IMG/VR virus record: IMGVR_UViG_3300015615_000629
Location: 1-64,000 of that record
Length of the DNA stretch: 64,000 nt
Reading direction: 5' to 3' (one strand)
Source: a virus
Lineage: Duplodnaviria > Heunggongvirae > Uroviricota > Caudoviricetes
The position numbers and the translations under genes were made by a program. The notes under the pieces were generated by a model. That model did no database searches, was not told where the DNA came from, and saw nothing but the letters and a program-made list of their open reading frames with translations. Below are positions 56,567-64,000 of this stretch, one piece after another (position 1 is the stretch's first letter; each line of letters opens with the position of its first letter).

Positions 56567-58024
56567 ATGCCCTATACTGAATTCTTTTGTGATGCTACGA
56601 ATGGAAGTAATTTATACGGCGGCAGAATTAATACTGACGCCGAACCAAATACTACACCGATATTTTCGGATGTAACCGGTACAGCTACTTGGAGCACAGG
56701 CAGCAACCAAATTCAAAATTTAACGAGCGTAGCAGGTGTATCGGCTGGGGATTGGGTAGGAATTGCTCCAACGGGCACAGCAGAAAGCGGCGTTACAACT
56801 TCTGTAGGATATTGGGCACAAGTTACCGGAACAACCTCCACAACAATTACCGTTTCGGCAACAATTAAATTTGGCACTGCTCCATCGAATGGAGCTTCTA
56901 TTGATATAAACGTGGGCGGACGTTGGAAAGGGCCTAATAGTGCTGTCATATTCCCATTTGGATATATTACAGCTTCCGCCCAAGCCGCCACAAATAGAGT
57001 TGGCAGAGTTAACTTTAAGAATAATGCTTCTTACGTATGCAACAATGCCACCACATTAACACATAACATTGCAGGCCCTATCGTATTCCAAGGTTATGCA
57101 ACATCTGCTGGAGATTTAGGCAGAGCTACAATCAATGGTTCAACTGGATCGGCGTATAACCTTATTCAATTACAAGGTGGAAATATGTTATTTGCCGATT
57201 TTATTGTAGGAAATACTGGAAATTCAGGTGGCAATGCCTCAACTGGAATCGCAATAACGACGGGCACAGCCGGTGGCACAGGAGCCGCCGTCTTGTTAAG
57301 AGTTTCTGTTACTTCTGCCAGAAGTAGCGGATATAGCTTAGGTGCCTATGGTGGACTTGCAATTGAATGCGAGGCCACTGGTTGTAATGCATCTACTGGG
57401 GTTGGCCTTGGTGGGTTTATATTAGGTGCGTTTGGAGTTATGTGCCTTAGATGCGTTAGTCATAACAATTCAGCGGCAAATACGGCTGGTTTCGTCTTTA
57501 ATACCGGTGCTCCATGTTCTTTTATTGAATGTGTTTCATACAATAACACCTATGGATTCTTACAAAATGCTGGTGGTTTGGCTTATGCTATGCATTCAAT
57601 AATTGACTGTACAACAAATGCGAATAGTAGTCACGCTATATATTCAACACCTGCCGCCGCAACTTCGTTACTTGTTGAAAACTGCTTAATTGGCGGAAAT
57701 GGCAGCACTGGCACTGCTCATGGAATTACAATAACAAATCCAATATTGTTGATTGCTAGAAACAATCAATATTTTAACATATCTGGTAGTAACGTTGCCA
57801 ATAGTTTTCCTAGTAATTATGGAAGTTTCTTAGAAGGCGTAACGACGATTTCTACTTCTAGTTTTATGCGGGATGCAAGTAATGGCGACTATCGACCAGA
57901 AATAACAACAAGACCAGATGGTTGGCAAATATTTCAAGAAAATGGCGTTTCTGTTCCGACAAAGACTTATAAATGTTGCGGAGCCGTTCAGCCAAACAAG
58001 CCAATATTTAATCCAATGCAGTAA
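56567..58024 (+). CDS. beta-helix virion/receptor-binding-type protein
   Basis: G/N/S/T-rich with repeated Cys-containing beta-solenoid rungs. Confidence 0.6.
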   Translation: MPYTEFFCDATNGSNLYGGRINTDAEPNTTPIFSDVTGTATWSTGSNQIQNLTSVAGVSAGDWVGIAPTGTAESGVTTSVGYWAQVTGTTSTTITVSATIKFGTAPSNGASIDINVGGRWKGPNSAVIFPFGYITASAQAATNRVGRVNFKNNASYVCNNATTLTHNIAGPIVFQGYATSAGDLGRATINGSTGSAYNLIQLQGGNMLFADFIVGNTGNSGGNASTGIAITTGTAGGTGAAVLLRVSVTSARSSGYSLGAYGGLAIECEATGCNASTGVGLGGFILGAFGVMCLRCVSHNNSAANTAGFVFNTGAPCSFIECVSYNNTYGFLQNAGGLAYAMHSIIDCTTNANSSHAIYSTPAAATSLLVENCLIGGNGSTGTAHGITITNPILLIARNNQYFNISGSNVANSFPSNYGSFLEGVTTISTSSFMRDASNGDYRPEITTRPDGWQIFQENGVSVPTKTYKCCGAVQPNKPIFNPMQ

Positions 58025-58036
58025 CTAAATAAGTAT

Positions 58037-59629
58037 ATGAAGTTACAAATCGAACGTGGCTCAACTGCCGTTATTTTACATTGTTTTATCCAAGATGCTA
58101 CATCGTCGCTCGGTGCGGGCCTCACCGCCGCCGTCTATAATAGTTCAGGTATTGCTGGAAGGTGGATTAGAACAGGCAGTACAAACACAGCCTTAAGTTT
58201 CGCCGATATAAGTGCATTGGCAACATGGGCCGATCCTGGTTCTAATACCATTGGTTTTAAAGAAATAAGTGCTGCCAATATGCCTGGTTGGTATGAAATT
58301 CATTTACCGGATGCTTTTGTGGCATCAGCGGCTAGCGCGGCAGGCTATTCTTGTAGAAGCGTTGGCATCCAAGTTCGCGGCATTGCCAATATGATGCCAC
58401 TCAATATCGAAATCGAACTTAAGAACAACTTAAGCAACAGTGGTGTGGCCGCCGCAGCCGCAGCCGGAAGTTTGACTTTAGCATCATCAGCCGTGGCCAC
58501 AGACAGTTATTATGTTGGTCAAACAGTTAGAATTATTGGCGGAACGGGTGTTGGACAATCTAGAGTTATTACAGCATATGTTGGATCAACCAGAGTGGCA
58601 ACCGTAGGAACAAACTGGGCTACAACTCCAGATACAACTTCTGTTTATGAAGTCCTTAATATAAGAAATCCTTCGGTAGATTCTAGCGGTGCAGTGCTCG
58701 TTTCTAGCGGAACAGGTTCCAATCAAATAAGTTTAAGTTCTGGTGCAGTTATCGTCCAGAGCGGAACGGGAACCGGACAAGTTGACCTAAGCAGCGGACA
58801 AGTTAAAGTTCAAAATGGTACAAGTTCGGGACAAATTAAAGCCACTAGCGGTTATGTTGGTGTAAACTGGGGCGATGTTGCAAACCCAACAACTTCACTT
58901 GCTTTGACGGGAACAACTATAAGCACAAGCCAAGTAGCCGCGTCAGTAACAGGAAACGTTGGTGGAAATGTAACTGGAACCGTTGCATCTGTCGTCGGAG
59001 CGGTAGGATCGGTTACTGGAAATGTCGGAGGAAACGTCACTGGTTCTGTTGGTTCTGTTGTCGGAGCAGTCGGCTCTGTAACCGGTAACGTTGGCGGAAA
59101 CGTCACTGGTTCTGTTGGTTCTGTTGTTGGTGCCGTAGGATCGGTTACTGGAAATGTCGGCGGTAATGTAACCGGCTCAGTGGGTTCTGTTGCATCGGGC
59201 GGTATTGCAGCGGCTTCTATAGCGAGTTCTGCATTTACAGCAGCCAAATTTGCCGCAGATGCGATTGACTCTAATGCCGTTGCAAATAGTGCTGGAGATA
59301 AGATTGTTGGCAGAATTGCTAATATTTATTTTGCAGATATTGTCTTTACGAAATCAACAGACGATGAATACACAGTAACTTGGTTTAAAGATGGAAATAG
59401 AATTACTTCGGGCATTACTTCTCCAACAATAAATGTTGTAAAAAGATCAGATGGAAGCGATTTAGTTGCTTCTACCGCCATGACTCAAATTGGCAGTACC
59501 GCCAGTTACAAATACGACGAATCCAGCGACAAAACTTCTGCCGGTGAAGCATATTTGGTGATTGTTGGTGCAACTATTGATGCGGGCTCTAGGAGTTTCG
59601 CTAGATTGATTAGCCGCGACAGCAGCTAA
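58037..59629 (+). CDS. virion fibre-like protein with tandem repeats
   Basis: S/T/G/V/A-rich with GTG.GQ repeats; TAAATA upstream. Confidence 0.6.
   Translation: MKLQIERGSTAVILHCFIQDATSSLGAGLTAAVYNSSGIAGRWIRTGSTNTALSFADISALATWADPGSNTIGFKEISAANMPGWYEIHLPDAFVASAASAAGYSCRSVGIQVRGIANMMPLNIEIELKNNLSNSGVAAAAAAGSLTLASSAVATDSYYVGQTVRIIGGTGVGQSRVITAYVGSTRVATVGTNWATTPDTTSVYEVLNIRNPSVDSSGAVLVSSGTGSNQISLSSGAVIVQSGTGTGQVDLSSGQVKVQNGTSSGQIKATSGYVGVNWGDVANPTTSLALTGTTISTSQVAASVTGNVGGNVTGTVASVVGAVGSVTGNVGGNVTGSVGSVVGAVGSVTGNVGGNVTGSVGSVVGAVGSVTGNVGGNVTGSVGSVASGGIAAASIASSAFTAAKFAADAIDSNAVANSAGDKIVGRIANIYFADIVFTKSTDDEYTVTWFKDGNRITSGITSPTINVVKRSDGSDLVASTAMTQIGSTASYKYDESSDKTSAGEAYLVIVGATIDAGSRSFARLISRDSS
58943..59191 (+). 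repeat. 66-bp coding tandem repeat (SVTGNVGGNVTGSVGSVVGAVG) x ~3.8
   Basis: Near-identical protein units with synonymous DNA divergence. Confidence 0.85.
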
Positions 59630-60206
59630 AATATCTAAGAATTTGTTTTCCTCTCCGATCAATTTGCTTAAACTTAGTTTTAAAACTAATGGAAGAGATA
59701 CCTCCAAAAAGCCTTGCGTTACTATGAATTTCAGATAAAGACGCTAAAACTAACGTATAGGCGTCTTGTTTCGTCCAAACCTTACACATCGCATCAATTT
59801 CGGCCGACGAACATGTATGTAAACACATGTCCCAGCCGATTAAATCAGAAACAGTTTTGTCTCCTGTAATTTGAAAGTAAAGTTCTTTCGATGCTTCGGC
59901 ATGACCAGGAAAATGGACTTTGCCAAACTCATCTACCGTTTTTACTTTAGGTTTTCCACAGTCGTGGAATCGCAAGTAAGTGGAAATTGTTTCTAAAGAA
60001 TGTAAATTAGAAAGAATTTCCTGCTTATTTGAATTTAACCAATCGGGTAGTTTCCATTCCTTTTTCAACTCGCAATCATCTTTGAGATGGTAATACAAAT
60101 CGAAAAAGTATTCTTCAACGGAAACTCCGTGCTCGTAAACGGATTGTCCTTTAGTTTGTTCGCACATTAACATGTCACGAACGGTTTGGTCAAGCAGCTA
60201 TGTCAT
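59610..60206 (-). CDS. HD-domain protein with in-frame TAG at codon 3
   Basis: EHG..V, FHDCGK, HFPGHA; AAGGA-7nt-ATG ACA TAG in frame with the ORF-track start at 60173. Confidence 0.7.
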
Positions 60207-60552
60207 TTTTAATTCCTTTGTGTTTAAGAAGTTGAAACTTTTTGAAAAATTTACGACGCTCGCCATAAATGGCTTCGGTCGCAATTGCTGTAATTTTATG
60301 TCCGATGTCAGGCTCGAAAAAGCATTTATGCCTGATATCGGACTCAGCCAAATACTGAGAAACTTTATGTAATTTGGCTTCGTCTGTAACTGAGAGGATT
60401 ATTACAGACGGATGATCCCCATGATTGGGAATTAAAGAATGCCTGCCCGCTTCAATGGCAGCATGACAAGACTGAACAGAGATTTGTTCGGGAGATAAAT
60501 CTTTCCGAACAAAAATATAAATGTATCCGTGATCTACCTACGTGTGTTCCAC
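60190..60552 (-). CDS. peptidyl-tRNA hydrolase Pth2-like protein with in-frame TAG at 60538-60540
   Basis: YIFVRKDLSPEQISVQSCHAAIE...SVIILSV..E..L...EPDIG..ITAIA; no ATG or GTG after the TAG. Confidence 0.75.
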
Positions 60553-60762
60553 GTCTTCTGTTCCTTTTTGTAAGTCTTCGTTTGTTAACTGATCTAGCCA
60601 GCGGTCGTTTTCTGTTAAATGAATCAAGTTTTCTGTGTAAACTACAACCCAACCTGTAGAACATCCGGCAACCGAGTCTATGTGTATTGCCGGATGTTCT
60701 TTAATCCATTCGTCCAAACAAGAGAAACTTTTCCCTTTTATAAATTCTACTTTTTGAGCCAT
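60538..60762 (-). CDS. hypothetical protein (in frame with Pth2 across TAG)
   Basis: ORF track; ends ACG TAG. Confidence 0.5.
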   Translation of the reverse strand: MAQKVEFIKGKSFSCLDEWIKEHPAIHIDSVAGCSTGWVVVYTENLIHLTENDRWLDQLTNEDLQKGTEDVEHT

Positions 60763-60768
60763 ATTTAT

Positions 60769-61344
60769 TTAATTTCCGGCGACCTGCGTTTCAACAGATT
60801 CACCATATTGGGCGTATCCAACTTTTTGGATTCTATCTTTAGTTGCAGCGGTTAAAGCACTGCCACGAGAATAGTCCAAAGAACCGTCAGCCTTCAAAAC
60901 TGGCACGATTCCATTTAAAACCGGTACAGATTTGAATTGGCCTTTGCTGGTGCGAATCTTAATCGTTTCGACAGTAGCAACCGGCTCATTGTAGATTACT
61001 TTGTAACTTACGTCAAGTGCCGATGGGGCATCTGGCGTAGGAACAATTTTCGGCGAGCGGGGAACGCTCGGAACCCTTTGTGGTTGTTGGGGTTGCGTTC
61101 TAGGAGCAGCATAATAATACGGGGCTTGAATTCCATAACCTGGGCTGCAACTTCCCCCATTACAGGAACCGCCACCACATGAACCGCTTCCACAACCACC
61201 AGACCACCCGCCACCACAGCTACCGCTGAAACTTCCGCCACTTCCACAACCTCGGCCACAACCGCGACCGCCATGCCCACAGGCATTTGCGAAAGAAACG
61301 AAAATAGTCAAACAAGACAAAACAACAAGTGCTTTCTTAAACAT
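60769..61344 (-). CDS. secreted Cys/Gly-rich protein
   Basis: GGAGG SD; signal peptide; CGGG repeats. Confidence 0.7.
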   Translation of the reverse strand: MFKKALVVLSCLTIFVSFANACGHGGRGCGRGCGSGGSFSGSCGGGWSGGCGSGSCGGGSCNGGSCSPGYGIQAPYYYAAPRTQPQQPQRVPSVPRSPKIVPTPDAPSALDVSYKVIYNEPVATVETIKIRTSKGQFKSVPVLNGIVPVLKADGSLDYSRGSALTAATKDRIQKVGYAQYGESVETQVAGN

Positions 61345-61391
61345 AAGAACCTCCATCGCTATCTATGGAGGCTAATAACATTTTTCCCAAT

Positions 61392-61425
61392 AAAAAAAGG
61401 CAGGTCATTTAAGACCTGCCTTTTT
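61392..61425. terminator. bidirectional intrinsic terminator
   Basis: AAAAAGGCAGGTC/GACCTGCCTTTTT. Confidence 0.8.
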
Positions 61426-61440
61426 AATGGTTTTGATTGT

Positions 61441-61758
61441 CTAACGGCCGAACTGTTGCAAATACAACTTGCGGGCTTCTGGAATACCGCAGTTGTTGTT
61501 GCGGGCCAAACGGCGAACCCGCTTCCAGTAAAGCACCGAAGCACGACCAACGGCTCTTTTGGCAGCAGGAGTCATTCGACGACGGCCGTCGTCGGTTTCG
61601 GTCGCTTGACCGTTGCTCGGTTCGCTTCCATTTTCGGAGAAAGTAACATCGAGATTCTTCATGCCGAGGCTATCGGCAATCGACCTCAACTCCGAAAAAC
61701 AGTTAAGCAACTTTCCGAGAGTGGCCGCTTCGCTCTTTGCTTTGGTCTTCATTTTCAC
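61441..61758 (-). CDS. basic hypothetical protein
   Basis: GAGG SD; RRMTPAAKRA...W motif. Confidence 0.65.
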   Translation of the reverse strand: MKMKTKAKSEAATLGKLLNCFSELRSIADSLGMKNLDVTFSENGSEPSNGQATETDDGRRRMTPAAKRAVGRASVLYWKRVRRLARNNNCGIPEARKLYLQQFGR

Positions 61759-61767
61759 CTCAAATCT

Positions 61768-62655
61768 TTAAGTAGACGATTCTTCGCCGAGGACTTTCTC
61801 GGCAACCTCAAGCAAAACACGTTGTTTGCCCGGCAAATCTTCGGTTGCCGCAAACAATTTCGACGTTAGAGCCTGTTCGGGCTCAATTACGCTCAAAATG
61901 GCTGCCAGTTGTTCAACCGAATGGGCGTAACTCTTGGCACGATCCAAAAATCCTTTTTGGACTTTGGTTTGTACCGAAGAAACCAAGCAAACCGCTTGCT
62001 CTTCCGGAGTCAGATTGTTAATCACAAACTCCATGATTTTCGTAGAAACCGCTTTTTCCTCTTCCGTGGAAGGGGTGAAAGTGTTTCCACGCCAAGAACC
62101 AACAGCCAATTCTGAGAAAGAACGAAGGCCGGAATTCGGCGTAAAATCAACTTCTTTCTCAACCAGACGCACGGCATCCGGCTTCTCAACACCAAGGTCA
62201 ACCAGAAGGTCAACCAAAGCATCGGCTGGCTCTTGGTCTTCGCCAACTTCGGGCATCTTTACCTTATACTTTTCCTTAACCGCGTAAATTGCCGAATTGT
62301 AAGGCTTGCCGCCAACTTCGGTCTTTACCGTTGGGTTTTCAAGAACACCAAACTGCCACAGCAATTCAGCGTAAAGAGCAAACAAAATGTCCTTAACAAG
62401 GGCATTGTCAGTCTCTTCTTTATCTTTGAAGAGCTTAAGCAATTCCTTTGCGGCTCGCCACTCATTAAAGACAGACGATTGCTCTTCGTCCAACTCCAAT
62501 TCTGGACGTTCTTTTTCCTTCTTTTTGGCTGGCTTTGTCGCAGCCTTACTCACCATCTTGAGGGCATCAAGAGGATTCTTGGGCTTAACGACAGCGATTG
62601 CTGGCTTTTCGGTTTCAGGGGCAGCAACAGGATTTCGAGTGGTGGCCTTAGCCAT
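61768..62655 (-). CDS. hypothetical protein
   Basis: AAGGA SD; 295-aa ORF downstream of motif 62701. Confidence 0.75.
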   Translation of the reverse strand: MAKATTRNPVAAPETEKPAIAVVKPKNPLDALKMVSKAATKPAKKKEKERPELELDEEQSSVFNEWRAAKELLKLFKDKEETDNALVKDILFALYAELLWQFGVLENPTVKTEVGGKPYNSAIYAVKEKYKVKMPEVGEDQEPADALVDLLVDLGVEKPDAVRLVEKEVDFTPNSGLRSFSELAVGSWRGNTFTPSTEEEKAVSTKIMEFVINNLTPEEQAVCLVSSVQTKVQKGFLDRAKSYAHSVEQLAAILSVIEPEQALTSKLFAATEDLPGKQRVLLEVAEKVLGEESST

Positions 62656-62720
62656 GATTTCAATTCCTTGACTTGGGTTGGGTTCCGTAACGCAGTTTAC
62701 GGTACAGGTTGGGCTCCCGT

Positions 62721-62750
62721 AATCCTAGCACAAGAATAATCGATTGCCAA
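62721..62750 (-). promoter_or_regulatory. host sigma-70 promoter
   Basis: TTGGCA-17 nt-TAGGAT with TG extension, just upstream of motif 62701. Confidence 0.5.
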
Positions 62751-62755
62751 GTAGC

Positions 62756-63712
62756 CTATTCGACTTCCAAATAATCTGCCAAACGGTTTGCCGTATCTCG
62801 AATCAAATCAACTTGGTCTAGTCCGGACACTAGACCATCTGGAAATATCTTAGTGCCGTTAAGAGCACCCAACATTGACCCAACTATGGAACCATTAGTA
62901 TCGGTATCGCCGCCAGCACTAATTACATCGTAGAGAGATTCGATTGAATGGGGATTGTTCAAAAAGAAATGGTAGGAAAAGGGTAGGCTATCATATACAT
63001 AACAACCCCCAGCCCCACATTTTTCAATTATTTCATTTGTTGTGAAGGGGCCTTTATCAAAATCAATTCTATCCATAATGTCATCGGTACTTTTATCTCC
63101 AAATAACTTTCCAGTTTCGATCCCAACCCTGACGAAGGCACAAAAAATAGGTTTATTTATCTTCTCAGAAATTAAGCAATAAACCAAGCCATTAGTGTGG
63201 GCAAGGGTGGCGGCGGTACAAACAGATGGCCGGTGCGTCATTAAAGATAAATTAGTGGTAAATTCAAGAAGTTCCACAATTTTTTTTGACTCATCATTCA
63301 CGGCAGCACAATAAACGGCAGCCGGCAAAATTTTCATTACCGTCCCGTTGCCGGCCTTTGTCGAGCCTTTACTTGATTCTTGATAAGAAACGCCATTAAT
63401 TAAATTTCTAATAGCGTTTTTAGTGCCGCTGCCCCAACCATCCGTGGTTTGTTGATAAGCGGCAACATGAGATTTAATTTGAGATTCAATATCTAACCCG
63501 CCAGACAAAATCCCTTCTGCTACGGCGAGCATTAATTGTGTGTCGTCTGTCCAACTACCTAGTTTTCTGTGTTTAAGTTTTTCACGTGTTGGAACAGTAT
63601 AATTAGTTACACGTTCATTAATTTCTTCCTTTTTAAGACCTTCATATGGCATGCCCAAGGCATCGCCAATTGCCAAGCCAAGAAAGGAACCAACTATTTT
63701 GTCACGTAGCAT
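62756..63712 (-). CDS. ADP-ribosylglycohydrolase (DraG/ARH family)
   Basis: GLAIGDALG, WTDDTQ, GNG..M, GGDTDT motifs. Confidence 0.9.
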   Translation of the reverse strand: MLRDKIVGSFLGLAIGDALGMPYEGLKKEEINERVTNYTVPTREKLKHRKLGSWTDDTQLMLAVAEGILSGGLDIESQIKSHVAAYQQTTDGWGSGTKNAIRNLINGVSYQESSKGSTKAGNGTVMKILPAAVYCAAVNDESKKIVELLEFTTNLSLMTHRPSVCTAATLAHTNGLVYCLISEKINKPIFCAFVRVGIETGKLFGDKSTDDIMDRIDFDKGPFTTNEIIEKCGAGGCYVYDSLPFSYHFFLNNPHSIESLYDVISAGGDTDTNGSIVGSMLGALNGTKIFPDGLVSGLDQVDLIRDTANRLADYLEVE

Positions 63713-63911
63713 TTTGAATTTCTGTAATTAGGGAATTAGTCCCAAAATATACAGTTGTTTGATCGTTTGTTACTGAGACAATCGAACCGAGACCATCTAG
63801 GTCTATTTGACTAAGAATGGCTAGAGCGGCCGATTTGTGTCCGTCGCTTTTAATGGATTTTGAATAAGATCCAGACTGAACCAAGTAACTATTTTTTCGC
63901 CATAAGTGCAT
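63702..63911 (-). CDS. hypothetical protein
   Basis: GGAG SD. Confidence 0.55.
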   Translation of the reverse strand: MHLWRKNSYLVQSGSYSKSIKSDGHKSAALAILSQIDLDGLGSIVSVTNDQTTVYFGTNSLITEIQNAT

Positions 63912-64000
63912 AAACTTCTCCAGGTTAGGGAGAAGTTTATCACAATATTAGGATTGTTACAAGACGAAAAACCTGCGGGGGTTGTGAGTTTCCCCACAAC

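Larger units (their letters stand above)
107..62709 (-). promoter_or_regulatory. Dispersed motif AYCTGTACC (+ strand GGTACAGRT), about 66 copies; putative phage-specific promoter
   Basis: Hand count of about 66 copies, all in one orientation (about 58 in 1-35 kb). 22 are exactly 9 nt and 4 are 10 nt upstream of a start codon; others precede SD-led genes or RNA genes. Confidence 0.8.

Noticed and set aside
58943-59191. 66-bp tandem repeat as a DNA-level element
   Set aside because: Units differ mainly at synonymous positions, so selection is on the protein repeat.
1-64000. Genome-wide TAG reassignment
   Set aside because: Code-11 ORFs tile the window densely and many genes end in TAG, some followed by terminators; only two convincing in-frame ambers were seen.

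Overview
A 64-kb slice of a large (jumbo-type) dsDNA phage genome, most likely from a Planctomycetes phage. Host clues are a bL12-like N-terminal domain, a PilC-like N-terminal domain and a secreted Cys/Gly-rich protein, all planctomycete-like in style. About 125 mostly small, tightly packed genes lie on the minus strand. The only plus-strand genes are one HNH gene, a pair at 50.8-52.0 kb and two virion-type genes at 56.6-59.6 kb. Recognisable products include a sigma-70-family factor, a RuvB-like ATPase, an AAA ATPase, an SF2 helicase, an ArdC-like protein, a HhH-GPD glycosylase, a macrodomain, an ADP-ribosylglycohydrolase, GNATs, a DEDDh exonuclease, a metallophosphoesterase and five prokaryotic E2-like paralogs. 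Most notable observations: (1) a strand-specific motif, AYCTGTACC on the minus strand (about 66 hand-counted copies), sitting 9-10 nt before ~26 start codons and 9-11 nt before two RNA 5' ends, most simply a phage promoter making leaderless mRNAs; (2) an amber-suppressor tRNA(CUA) plus two adjacent genes (Pth2 and an HD protein) that each have an in-frame TAG within the first five codons after an SD-led start; (3) a 132-nt mini-tmRNA, a tRNA with an 84-nt anticodon-loop insertion and other tRNA-like RNAs; (4) a 55-aa bL12 N-terminal-domain-only protein missed by the ORF track; (5) a sharp GC-skew inversion around a non-coding block at 16.1-17.0 kb (candidate origin). All counts are by eye and all family assignments come from motif recognition, not database searches.
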